From an uncultured candidate division Zixibacteria bacterium (GTDB taxonomy: Bacteria > Zixibacteria > MSB-5A5 > UBA10806 > 4484-95): a stretch of DNA of 64,000 bases. Position 1 is the stretch's first letter, and the number at the start of each line of letters is the position of its first letter. The stretch is taken from contig CAXXKA010000001.1 in assembly GCA_963668625.2 (NCBI GenBank), positions 64,001 through 128,000 on the forward strand. The letters are read 5' to 3'. The notes beneath the pieces are model-generated. The model did no database searches, was not told the origin of the DNA, and saw only the letters and a program-made list of their open reading frames with translations. A program made the position numbers and the translations under genes. Below are positions 19,456-28,025 of this stretch, in pieces.

Positions 19456-19471
19456 TGGCATGTCATTTGCA
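19456..19471 (+). promoter_or_regulatory. sigma54 promoter of the DUF1847/USP/activator unit
   Basis: TGGCATG-TCAT-TTGCA, a near-consensus -24/-12 element, followed by an AGGAGA RBS and ATG 19499. Confidence 0.85.
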
Positions 19472-19498
19472 CTTGTGCCTTTTCAGGAGAGTGTAAAT

Positions 19499-20530
19499 AT
19501 GAGATACGGTGTACCATTACTCGGCGACCGGGTTGCGCCCCGGTGTACACATGCCGACTCGGTGATGCTTCTGGTGTTGAGACGCAACAAAGTTTGCACC
19601 GAGGATAAAGTTACTTTCAGCAATCATAATCTGTTCGACTTACGGGAGCTTCTTTCCGAATACCGCGTTGATACCCTTATTTGCGGTGGCATAAGCAGAG
19701 ACAACAAAGAATTCCTTCAGGCTAGACGGGTTGAAATCATTGATAATGTTGCCTGTACCATTGATGAGATTATTAATGCCATTATGGGTGGAAATCTGGA
19801 ATGCGGTTTCGGATTAAACTATCGGATCGATGAAGTAGTAAAAAATAACGATAAAGGATATCAAACCGAAGTTAGCGAGGATGATAGAGCCGGTATCGAA
19901 AAAACTGAGAGTGGAATTCATGTTGACTGTCTTTCCTGCATTGACCATCTGTGTTTACGAGGAGAGAAATGTCCCCTGGTTCGGAAACTTACCTTTGAAC
20001 CGTCATTGTATAAAAAAGATATTCAGCGCATAATCGAGGCGACTCTCGATATCGCCTGTGAAAAAGAACGCACGTTATGCCGTCTCACCGAGCTGATATA
20101 TTTTTGCCTGGAGATGCGTTACAAGCGTATAGGTATAGCCTACTGCGTAGATCTTCAAGAGCCCGCCGATATTTTAAAGAGGGTACTACAACGGTTTTTC
20201 GAGGTTTACCCGGTCTGCTGTAAAATCGGCGGCAACGATGTTAATGATCCATTCAATATGCAGACAACCGAAATCAATCCGGAAATTCATAAAAGCCAGA
20301 TTGCCTGTAATCCACTGGGTCAGGCTGAGGTATTAAACAGACAAAAAACGGATTTAAACGTAATCGTGGGAATTTGTATGGGAGCGGATTGTGTTTTCAC
20401 TAAAGCCAGCGAGGCGCCGGTAACCACGTTATTCGTTAAGGATCGGTCGCTGGCAAACAATCCGATAGGAGCGCTATATTCCGATTACTATCTGGAGGAG
20501 GCGAAACAAGCTTTTGCTCGCAATGTTTGA
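19499..20530 (+). CDS. NifB/NifX-domain + DUF1847 metal-binding domain fusion
   Basis: N-terminus 'RVAPRC...VDTLICGGIS' (NifX-like). C-terminus 'RLTELIYFC..MRYKRIGIAYCVDL', 'VCCKIG', 'CNPLGQAEVLN', 'APVTTLFVKDR' (DUF1847). Start corrected from 19460, which is inside the promoter. Confidence 0.8.
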   Translation: MRYGVPLLGDRVAPRCTHADSVMLLVLRRNKVCTEDKVTFSNHNLFDLRELLSEYRVDTLICGGISRDNKEFLQARRVEIIDNVACTIDEIINAIMGGNLECGFGLNYRIDEVVKNNDKGYQTEVSEDDRAGIEKTESGIHVDCLSCIDHLCLRGEKCPLVRKLTFEPSLYKKDIQRIIEATLDIACEKERTLCRLTELIYFCLEMRYKRIGIAYCVDLQEPADILKRVLQRFFEVYPVCCKIGGNDVNDPFNMQTTEINPEIHKSQIACNPLGQAEVLNRQKTDLNVIVGICMGADCVFTKASEAPVTTLFVKDRSLANNPIGALYSDYYLEEAKQAFARNV

Positions 20531-20572
20531 AAAAAACGCCGTCTGAGTTTTGCCATCTCATTGACAGGAGAT

Positions 20573-20708
20573 GGAGTTGTTGAAAAAGTCGTTTTCACGA
20601 GTCGCCGGGAATCCTTCCCCGGCGAAATATTGCATGAATTCAGATGGCAGGATAGGATGAATAAAGGACTTCGTCCGCCTACCATCTCAGCCAGGTTTTT
20701 CAACAATC
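20573..20708 (+). repeat. MITE/REPIN-like palindromic element, copy 1
   Basis: Terminal inverted repeat TTGTTGAAAAA...TTTTTCAACAA and internal hairpins; aligns by eye with 21378-21515 and the reverse complement of 29150-29311. Confidence 0.7.
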
Positions 20709-20826
20709 GCGATGGCGCGAAACTCGAGCCGATTACCAGTAAACGTTTTCGGGCGGCGATCGGCTGCGGGATCAGGATGTACGAAAAGATAAAAAATAAT
20801 TTTAAATTAGCAACGAGGAGGAAAAT

Positions 20827-21363
20827 ATGGCTATTCCAACTTTGAATGCCATTGGTTTTTGTGCGCATTATTCGGAGCAGGGCGATTGGGCGTTTGATTA
20901 CGCTTTGAAACTATCGCGTCAACACTCCATCCAACTTAACGTATTTCACTTTCTGTCGGACCCCTATCATATCGAGGATGACTCCGTTGATCAACTAGAT
21001 AAAGAATCAAAAGCGAAACTTGCAATCGAGCGCGAAAAAGAGCTGCGCATGTATTACGATAAGCGAGCCGGAGATTATCTTGATGTCGGTTTCCGTCTGT
21101 GCGAGGATGCCGAATGGGTAGAGCTTCACAAATGCCTGTTGATCCGGGAATTCCAAATACTGGTGCTGGGTTATGTCGGTTCCGACGCTCGATTCGGCGG
21201 ACGGCCGATAGAGGATTTCGCCGAGGCGTTCGTTAGCCCGGTGGTCTTAGTCGGCCCGGATAAGCCCGATCAATTCCATCTCAACAAACAAGCCGCTCTT
21301 CTGATCAGCAAATTGGGCCTCGAGATAGGCAATGTCGAAATTATCGAGCGCATTTCCGCTTGA
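20827..21363 (+). CDS. Universal stress protein (UspA-like)
   Basis: USP-like pattern 'IGFCAHYSEQGDWAFDYALKLS....LNVFHF', 'QILVLG', 'SPVVLVG'; GAGGAGG RBS. Confidence 0.7.
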   Translation: MAIPTLNAIGFCAHYSEQGDWAFDYALKLSRQHSIQLNVFHFLSDPYHIEDDSVDQLDKESKAKLAIEREKELRMYYDKRAGDYLDVGFRLCEDAEWVELHKCLLIREFQILVLGYVGSDARFGGRPIEDFAEAFVSPVVLVGPDKPDQFHLNKQAALLISKLGLEIGNVEIIERISA

Positions 21364-21377
21364 TACTGTTCGTAATA

Positions 21378-21515
21378 GGGATCGTCGAGAAAGCCACATT
21401 CACCAATCACCGGGCGGATGAAGTTCATTGTTCATCCTTTTCCGGCGATATACTGCATGATAACCGTTGGCAGGAAATTATTCCAACCACCATGGAGAGA
21501 TTTTTCAACAAATCC
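21378..21515 (+). repeat. MITE/REPIN-like palindromic element, copy 2
   Basis: GGGATCGTCGAGAAAG...TTTTTCAACAAATCC ends; core CCGGGCGGATGAAGTTCATTGTTCATCCTTTTCCGGCGATATACTGCATG is shared with the other copies. Confidence 0.65.
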
Positions 21516-21619
21516 AACAGGCAAGGTACGTTCAGGCCGGAAGCCCCGCTTTCGATTATTGGAATGTTCTTGCATTTGTTAATGTTATTTGCCTATATCT
21601 AAGATAGCGGGATTTATTA

Positions 21620-22930
21620 GTGATGGAAAAGAAATTAAGCCAGTTAATATTCAATAGCATACGAGATGGGGTTTTTACGGTTGATCGTAATTGTGTAATC
21701 ACCTCGTTCAACAAATCAGCGGAACGGATCACCGGTTTTAAAAGAACCGAGGCTATCGGAAAGCACTGTTTCGATATCTTTCGCACGGAGGTTTGCCATA
21801 CCCAGTGCGCGCTGAAAGATACATTGAAAACTCAATCATCCATCGATGATTCCCGGGTAACCATAATCACTCGCGATGGCCGGGAATTGCCTATACGTAT
21901 CACGACCACTATGCTTAAAGATGAGGATGAAAATATTGTCGGCGCAGTTGAGTTTTTCCAGGATATCTCCGAGATAGAATATTTACGGAAAAGCCTGGAA
22001 CAGAAACAGGCTCTTGATGATATAGTCAGTGTCAATCCCCAGATGCAAAGCCTGATCCGGCTTTTACCTGATGTTGCCGAGTCCGAGTGCAACGTGCTGA
22101 TCGAGGGGCCCAGTGGTTGTGGCAAAGAGCTATTCGCCCAGGTAATTCATAATTTAAGCTCCCGGCGTTACGGGCCGTATATAAAGATCAACTGTGCCGC
22201 TTTGCCCGCGAGTCTGCTGGAGTCGGAGCTGTTCGGTTATGAGAAAGGCGCGTTCACCGATGCCAAACGAGATAAGCCCGGTCAGTTCAGCCTCGCCAGC
22301 GGAGGTACGCTTCTTTTGGATGAGATCGGTGAAATGGATACCTCGCTTCAAGTGAAACTTCTGAGGGTTTTGAACAACGGCGAATACCGTCCCCTTGGCT
22401 CGGCTAAAACTCTTCACACCGATGCCCGAATCATTGCCGCCACTAACGCCAGGCTGGAGGATTTAATCGAATCGGGCAAGTTTCGACGCGATTTATATTA
22501 TCGTATTAACGTGGTAAATATCAATATCCCGCGTTTGAGTGAGAGGCCGGAGGACATTCCTCTCCTGGTGAATCATTTCATAAAGATATTCAGGAAGAAA
22601 AGCAAGCGGCATATAAAAAGACTATCCCCGGAGGCATTGGCTGCTTTGCGCAATCATCCTCTGCCCGGTAATGTGCGCGAATTGGAAAATGCCATAGAAC
22701 ATGCTTTCGTTATGTGCCGGGATCAGGAGATACAGTTGGAACATCTGCCGCTGCATATAACGGACTACCAACTTACGGGCGTCAGATCCAACTCGAGCCA
22801 TCTAAGCGAAAAAGAAATAATAATGGATGTCCTGAAAAGAAATAAAGGCAACAAGGCGACATCCGCTACTGAGCTTGGAATGCACCGCTCCACACTCTGG
22901 CGCAAGATGAAAACGCTGGGGCTATCGTAA
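21620..22930 (+). CDS. sigma54-dependent activator (PAS + AAA+ + Fis HTH), paralogue of 11718-13052
   Basis: PAS 'IFNSIRDGVFTVD', GPSGCGKE, GAFTDA, LLDEIGE, PGNVREL, 'LGMHRSTLWRKMK'. Confidence 0.95.
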   Translation: MMEKKLSQLIFNSIRDGVFTVDRNCVITSFNKSAERITGFKRTEAIGKHCFDIFRTEVCHTQCALKDTLKTQSSIDDSRVTIITRDGRELPIRITTTMLKDEDENIVGAVEFFQDISEIEYLRKSLEQKQALDDIVSVNPQMQSLIRLLPDVAESECNVLIEGPSGCGKELFAQVIHNLSSRRYGPYIKINCAALPASLLESELFGYEKGAFTDAKRDKPGQFSLASGGTLLLDEIGEMDTSLQVKLLRVLNNGEYRPLGSAKTLHTDARIIAATNARLEDLIESGKFRRDLYYRINVVNINIPRLSERPEDIPLLVNHFIKIFRKKSKRHIKRLSPEALAALRNHPLPGNVRELENAIEHAFVMCRDQEIQLEHLPLHITDYQLTGVRSNSSHLSEKEIIMDVLKRNKGNKATSATELGMHRSTLWRKMKTLGLS

Positions 22931-23046
22931 GGCAAATCCGATACTATATTTATTTAGTTCGTGAATAACATTTTGCGATTTCATTGAAATAACTGCATAT
23001 TTTATATCGTATTATAATATAGAATGATAATGGGGATACTGTTAAT

Positions 23047-23238
23047 ATGATGAGATCGATCAAATGCCCACATTGCGAGCATGAGTTCAGTCTTAACGTG
23101 CAGAGCGAGGTTGGCCGACGCAAACCGGTCAGCATCCGTTTCATGGGGATTAACAAGAATGTCGGACCGAAACCTAAATATATACAGGTTACCTGCAAGA
23201 ATAAAAGATGTGGAAGAACATTTCAGGTGAAGGTATAA
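23047..23238 (+). CDS. Small basic zinc-ribbon protein
   Basis: 63 aa with CPHC and CKNKRC motifs; GGGGA RBS upstream. Confidence 0.55.
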   Translation: MMRSIKCPHCEHEFSLNVQSEVGRRKPVSIRFMGINKNVGPKPKYIQVTCKNKRCGRTFQVKV

Positions 23239-23265
23239 AATTGTTTTCGCCGAATAAACAGGTAG

Positions 23266-24081
23266 CTATTCAGCCGCGACCGTATCGGGATGAACATCCC
23301 GGGCACATCTGAAACCGACAGCCAAATCTCGCCAGTAGTCGGAAGGGATGAGTATCCTTTCGAATACCCGGGTGCAGTAAGCTCCCGAATGCCAGCCGCC
23401 ATCCCGTATAACACGGAAACGTCCTTTTTCCGGCCCCTGCGGATTTTCAAACGGGCTGTTGGCGTAATATTCCTCGGAATAGTAATCGGATACGAACTCC
23501 CTGACATTGCCGGTCATGTCGTGCAAACCGAATCCGTTCGGCGGATAGCTGCCTACAGGGGTAGTGCCTAGCTGACGACCCTTATACGAAAAATTAGCCA
23601 GCAGGGTATCGGCGGAATCACCGTAGGCGTATTTCATCCCGATTAAACCACCTTTGGCGGCATACTCCCATTCGGCTTCTGTCGGCAGACGTTTCCCGGC
23701 CCACTTGGCGTATTTCCCGGCCTCGCCCCAACCGATACCGACTACCGGGTGATCGGGGAACTCCAGCCCGGAATGAAACTCCTCCATGCCCCAGAACTCC
23801 GGCGTACGTGCTTCGGTGGCTTGCATGAACTCGGAGTACATGGCATTGGTGACCTCGTATTTATCGATATAGAACGAATCGAGTTTTACCTTATGAGCAG
23901 GGGAGAAAGCCGCATCGCCATCGACTCCCATTGTGTACTCCGCGGCGGGAATCAATATCATCTCCTGTTCGATTCGAGCCTCGGGATTGGTTTTATTATT
24001 AGTGCCGGTGCAGGATGATATAAATACATTTGCTAATGAAACGAGCGATACTATCAGCCATAATACTTTTATTTTGTACAT
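23266..24081 (-). CDS. Formylglycine-generating enzyme (SUMF1/FGE-sulfatase) domain lipoprotein
   Basis: 'FYIDKYEVTN', 'HPVVGI.W', 'KRLPTEAEWEYAAKGG', 'PPNGFGLHDMTGNVRE', 'GFRCA'; signal peptide with lipobox-like ISSC from ATG 24081. Confidence 0.88.
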   Translation of the reverse strand: MYKIKVLWLIVSLVSLANVFISSCTGTNNKTNPEARIEQEMILIPAAEYTMGVDGDAAFSPAHKVKLDSFYIDKYEVTNAMYSEFMQATEARTPEFWGMEEFHSGLEFPDHPVVGIGWGEAGKYAKWAGKRLPTEAEWEYAAKGGLIGMKYAYGDSADTLLANFSYKGRQLGTTPVGSYPPNGFGLHDMTGNVREFVSDYYSEEYYANSPFENPQGPEKGRFRVIRDGGWHSGAYCTRVFERILIPSDYWRDLAVGFRCARDVHPDTVAAE

Positions 24082-24121
24082 CACAATCCTTTCAATTATC
24101 ACCTCCGAGGAGGTATCACTA

Positions 24122-24943
24122 TTAAGGTTGTCGAATAAACTCGGATAAGAAAGCGTAAAATTCCTCGGATGAATCAACCATCAAGCTATGACCGGCATTC
24201 TCGAATTTCCGCGTTGCCAGGTCATTTTGTTCGAGAAATTTCAATGTCCGTTTACTGCAGCTTATCGTGCCGTAACAATAAATCCGGGGGATATCCAATT
24301 CGGAATAAATCTTGCCGATTTCGCTTTTGAATTCGCCATCCAGCCCGGTGTTTCTTGCTACAAGCTCTTTGGAGTTCTCCAGAAACGCCTCAGGTCTGCA
24401 GAAATTCAACGAGGCAAAATATAACCTGGAGGAAAGCTTATTCCCGAATTTCCGGAATATCAATTCGTATTTGAAATGATTCTCGAACCAGTCATCAAAT
24501 TCGCCTTTGTTATATGCCTCAACCGCCCGGCCTGAGATAAACAGATCATACTGGGTGATATCGCCCTCGATATTGATATATTTCTTTATCGAGCCGCCGT
24601 GGTTTTCCCGGCACATCAGTGTCGATAAATCACCGCCCATGGAATGTCCCAGCAGGATTATATTGGACAGATTCAGTATCTCGATTACTTTCCACAGTCG
24701 CTCGATATGCACCGAGTAATGATAGCGTTCGAGCGAGCTTGCTTTGGAGCTTCTGCCGTAGCCGACTAAATCGGGTACCACGATATTGTAATCGCTTAAG
24801 AACTCATACTCGAAGGCGTCTGCGTAGCTGATCCCCGAATCCCCCAGGCCGTGAATGAAAAGCAGGGAAGGGCGATTTGGATTCAACTCCGTATGCCTGA
24901 GAAAAATATGTTCATCATCGATTCGTATGTATGATTCGTTCAT
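24122..24943 (-). CDS. Alpha/beta fold hydrolase
   Basis: FIHGLG, PDLVGYGRS, nucleophile GHSMG, C-terminal 'AGHSLM'. Confidence 0.9.
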   Translation of the reverse strand: MNESYIRIDDEHIFLRHTELNPNRPSLLFIHGLGDSGISYADAFEYEFLSDYNIVVPDLVGYGRSSKASSLERYHYSVHIERLWKVIEILNLSNIILLGHSMGGDLSTLMCRENHGGSIKKYINIEGDITQYDLFISGRAVEAYNKGEFDDWFENHFKYELIFRKFGNKLSSRLYFASLNFCRPEAFLENSKELVARNTGLDGEFKSEIGKIYSELDIPRIYCYGTISCSKRTLKFLEQNDLATRKFENAGHSLMVDSSEEFYAFLSEFIRQP

Positions 24944-25006
24944 TTGTATCTCCTCGGTTCTAAATATCGCTAAAAATAATGGCGTATGTCAATCGTTCTT
25001 AATCAT

Positions 25007-25039
25007 AAAAAATAGAGGCATTCGATCGAACGCCTCTAT
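25007..25039 (-). terminator. Intrinsic terminator of glnS
   Basis: ATAGAGGC...GCCTCTAT stem followed by a T6 tract on the minus strand. Confidence 0.75.
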
Positions 25040-25075
25040 GAAAGTCAATAAGGAAATTATTTGTTTTCTAACTTT

Positions 25076-26749
25076 TTATTTCTTCTTTTGCATCTTGGCC
25101 CAGCTATCGCGTAAGCCCACCGTGCGATTGAATACCAGGGCATCAGGTTTTGATATTTTCGAATCGACAACGAAATAACCCTGGCGTAAAAACTGGTAGT
25201 ATTCGCCGGGTTTGGCATCTTTCAAGCTTGGCTCGAGCTTACATCCTTTAACTATCTCCAGCGAGTCTGGATTAATACAGGCTTTGAAATCATCCTCGGC
25301 CAACGGATTCTCTTCGGTAAACAGGCGGTCGAATAAATATATCTCGGCATCTATCGCGTTTTCGGCATGCACCCAGTGAAGAGTACCTTTGACCTTGCGT
25401 CCATCGGTTGCCTCACCGCTTTTAGTCGCAGGGTCGTAGGTGCATTCGAGCTCGACTATCTCGCCGTTTTCATCCTTGACGATCTTCTCGCACTTGATAA
25501 AATAAGCATGTTTCAACCTGACTTCTTTACCCGGCGCCAGGCGGAAGAATTTTTTCGGGGCATCCTCCATGAAATCGGCTCGCTCGATGAATATCTCACG
25601 ACCGAACGGAATTTCACGGGTACCATCCGCCTCGTTTTCCGGGTTGTTGACAGCAGTCAACATCTCGGTTTTACCCTCGGGGTAATTGGTGATAGTCACT
25701 TTCAGCGGATTCAAAACCGCCATCACGCGGATAGCGCGCTTGTTCAAATCCTCCCTGAGTATATGCTCCAGAAGGGCGATATCGGCCATGCTGTCGCGCT
25801 TGGCTACGCCCACTCTTTCGGCAAACGCCCTGATCGATTCGGGCGTATAGCCCCGCCGCCTGAAACCGGCAAGCGAGGGCATGCGAGGATCATCCCAGCT
25901 TTCTGCGTGACCCTCATGTACTAGCTGTATGAGTTTGCGTTTGGATAATACGGTGTAGCTCAAATTAAGACGGGCGAACTCTATTTGCTGTGAGTGATGC
26001 ACTTTAAGCTGGTCGAGATACCAGTCGTACAGGGGACGATGAGCCTCGAATTCCAGCGAGCATAATGAATGAGTTATACCCTCGAGAGAATCGGATAAGC
26101 AGTGAGCGTAATCGTACATCGGGTAAATCTTCCACTTGTCGCCTGTCCTGTGATGATGAACGTGCATGATACGGTAGACCACCGGGTCGCGCATATTGAT
26201 ATTACCGGAGCTCATGTCGATTTTGGCCCGCAGGGTTTTTGAGCCATCGGGGAATTCGCCGTTTTTCATCCGCTCGAACAGATCGATATTTTCCTCGACC
26301 GACCTGTCACGATAGGGGCTGTTCTTGCCGGGTTCGGTAAGCGTACCGCGATACTCGCGAATTTGATCGGCTGTCAAATCATCAACGTATGCCTTGCCAT
26401 CCTTGATCAGCTGCACCGCGAAATCGTAAAGCTTATCGAAATAATTAGAGGCGTAATACTCCCGGTCATCCCAGCTGAATCCCAGCCAGCGAATATCCTG
26501 CTTGATCGAATCGACAAACTCGACATCCTCTTTGGCCGGATTGGTATCATCAAAGCGAAGGTTACATTGGCCGCCGTACTCCTCGGCTGTCCCGAAATCT
26601 ATGCAGATGGCTTTGGCATGGCCAATGTGAAGATAACCGTTGGGCTCCGGTGGAAAACGAGTATGGACTACTCCGCCAAATCGCCCCGTGCTGTTATGCT
26701 CGTTGATTATCTCTTTGATAAAATTGGATGTTGATTCAGTTTCCGGCAT
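25076..26749 (-). CDS. glnS: Glutamine--tRNA ligase
   Basis: [17 protein letters not shown] (HIGH), [40 protein letters not shown]. Confidence 0.97.
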   Translation of the reverse strand: MPETESTSNFIKEIINEHNSTGRFGGVVHTRFPPEPNGYLHIGHAKAICIDFGTAEEYGGQCNLRFDDTNPAKEDVEFVDSIKQDIRWLGFSWDDREYYASNYFDKLYDFAVQLIKDGKAYVDDLTADQIREYRGTLTEPGKNSPYRDRSVEENIDLFERMKNGEFPDGSKTLRAKIDMSSGNINMRDPVVYRIMHVHHHRTGDKWKIYPMYDYAHCLSDSLEGITHSLCSLEFEAHRPLYDWYLDQLKVHHSQQIEFARLNLSYTVLSKRKLIQLVHEGHAESWDDPRMPSLAGFRRRGYTPESIRAFAERVGVAKRDSMADIALLEHILREDLNKRAIRVMAVLNPLKVTITNYPEGKTEMLTAVNNPENEADGTREIPFGREIFIERADFMEDAPKKFFRLAPGKEVRLKHAYFIKCEKIVKDENGEIVELECTYDPATKSGEATDGRKVKGTLHWVHAENAIDAEIYLFDRLFTEENPLAEDDFKACINPDSLEIVKGCKLEPSLKDAKPGEYYQFLRQGYFVVDSKISKPDALVFNRTVGLRDSWAKMQKKK

Positions 26750-27066
26750 CGCGAGAATTTCCTTCCTGTTTTCTTCAACCGATTATACTTAATGATTAAA
26801 GTCGGTATTTTCCTGTTTTGAGTAAATATAATATTTCCAAATACCCGATTTAACAAGCGAAAGTTGCGATAATCTGAACTACCGGCGGCCGATGGATTCC
26901 TCATAGCCGGCATGGTTTGCAGGCTAACATGTTGGAGCACTAGGACGTAATCCAAATAACGGAAGATCTTTCCTTTATTGGAAATGTATAACGATAAAGC
27001 CAAGGACATCAATAGATTATATGTACGTGTGAAAGTAGTAAGTCGATTGTATTGTTTCAAAGAAAG

Positions 27067-27819
27067 CTAAAAAACGAATTTCAATCCATTATCCAGCGAG
27101 AGATCATAATGTTTTATCGAGAAAGGAGGCTTGCTGTCGTAACGGTATTTTATCGAACTGATAAAGGAAATATTTTCGGAGATGAATATTGATAACTCAC
27201 CTTCATCCAGTATACGGTAGTCCTCGAATTCATCCAATTTAGGCTGGAAATAAACCGCATTCCTGAATTTTACCGTATTATTAAGATTGAACCTGGTTGA
27301 AAGATATACGCTCCCCCTGATTATTTCCGATATCGAACGATCCGAGAGTTCTTCGTACTCGTACATGAATGTCAAACCATTGGCCACTAAGGTCTGTTTG
27401 TCATTGATATATAAAATTCTGATTCCGGTTCCTGCCAGGCGGCGTTCCTCCAGTTCCTGTGATTTATCGTACTGGGCCTGTAAAAATAGTTCATAGACGA
27501 AATGGTTCGTTATATCAAGGTTATACCTAACATGAGAGAAACCCTCGCTGATAATATCCTGGTCATCGCTGGAAACCAGGTCTAAATCGTTTAGCATGAA
27601 CATCTGGTGTCTTCCCATGCGCCAGACCACGTTCGGCGCCAGACCAAACTCGATCAACTCGGAATTACCCATAGTTACCGCATAGGTAAGGCTGATACTC
27701 CCCGAAAATCCCGATTTTTTCAAACCCATCCGCTTGCGTTCGGTGTTAACCTGGGCGAATGATGCCGAACTCGCCAATAGAACCAGGATCATAGTTATTA
27801 AAATCTTATTCGTTTTCAT
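27067..27819 (-). CDS. DUF481-like outer-membrane beta-barrel protein
   Basis: Signal peptide (ASSASFA-QVNTE), alternating beta-strands, 'YFQPKL...DYRIL', 'YDSKPP', terminal Phe. Confidence 0.7.
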   Translation of the reverse strand: MKTNKILITMILVLLASSASFAQVNTERKRMGLKKSGFSGSISLTYAVTMGNSELIEFGLAPNVVWRMGRHQMFMLNDLDLVSSDDQDIISEGFSHVRYNLDITNHFVYELFLQAQYDKSQELEERRLAGTGIRILYINDKQTLVANGLTFMYEYEELSDRSISEIIRGSVYLSTRFNLNNTVKFRNAVYFQPKLDEFEDYRILDEGELSIFISENISFISSIKYRYDSKPPFSIKHYDLSLDNGLKFVF

Positions 27820-28025
27820 AATGCTGTAATAATTATCTAATTGACAATAATAATGCAAGTGAAGAATTATACGAATAACAGTAGACTTCAATAATAAATT
27901 AGTGAGATTACAGCGATCCTATCAGGCAGGTGGTAGAAAAATGTAATAAAGAATATATTGCCAAAAAACGGTTTTCCATTATATTATGGTATTATTCTAA
28001 TGATCAATAACGAGAGGAGGCATTT

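Noticed and set aside
20528-20845. Read-through of the DUF1847 gene's TGA into the in-frame 94-aa ORF
   Set aside because: The DUF1847 domain is already complete, there is no Cys/Sec motif context, and the downstream frame is just a translation of the MITE-like repeat.
21360-21602. 80-aa ORF after the USP gene (and the 63-aa ORF at 29124-29315)
   Set aside because: Both coincide with copies of the palindromic repeat element and are not protein-like.
26707-27060. 117-aa ORF upstream of glnS
   Set aside because: It has no recognisable motif, a TTG start without an RBS, and overlaps the glnS start. It is more likely an intergenic/promoter region, and no T-box or riboswitch was recognised there.
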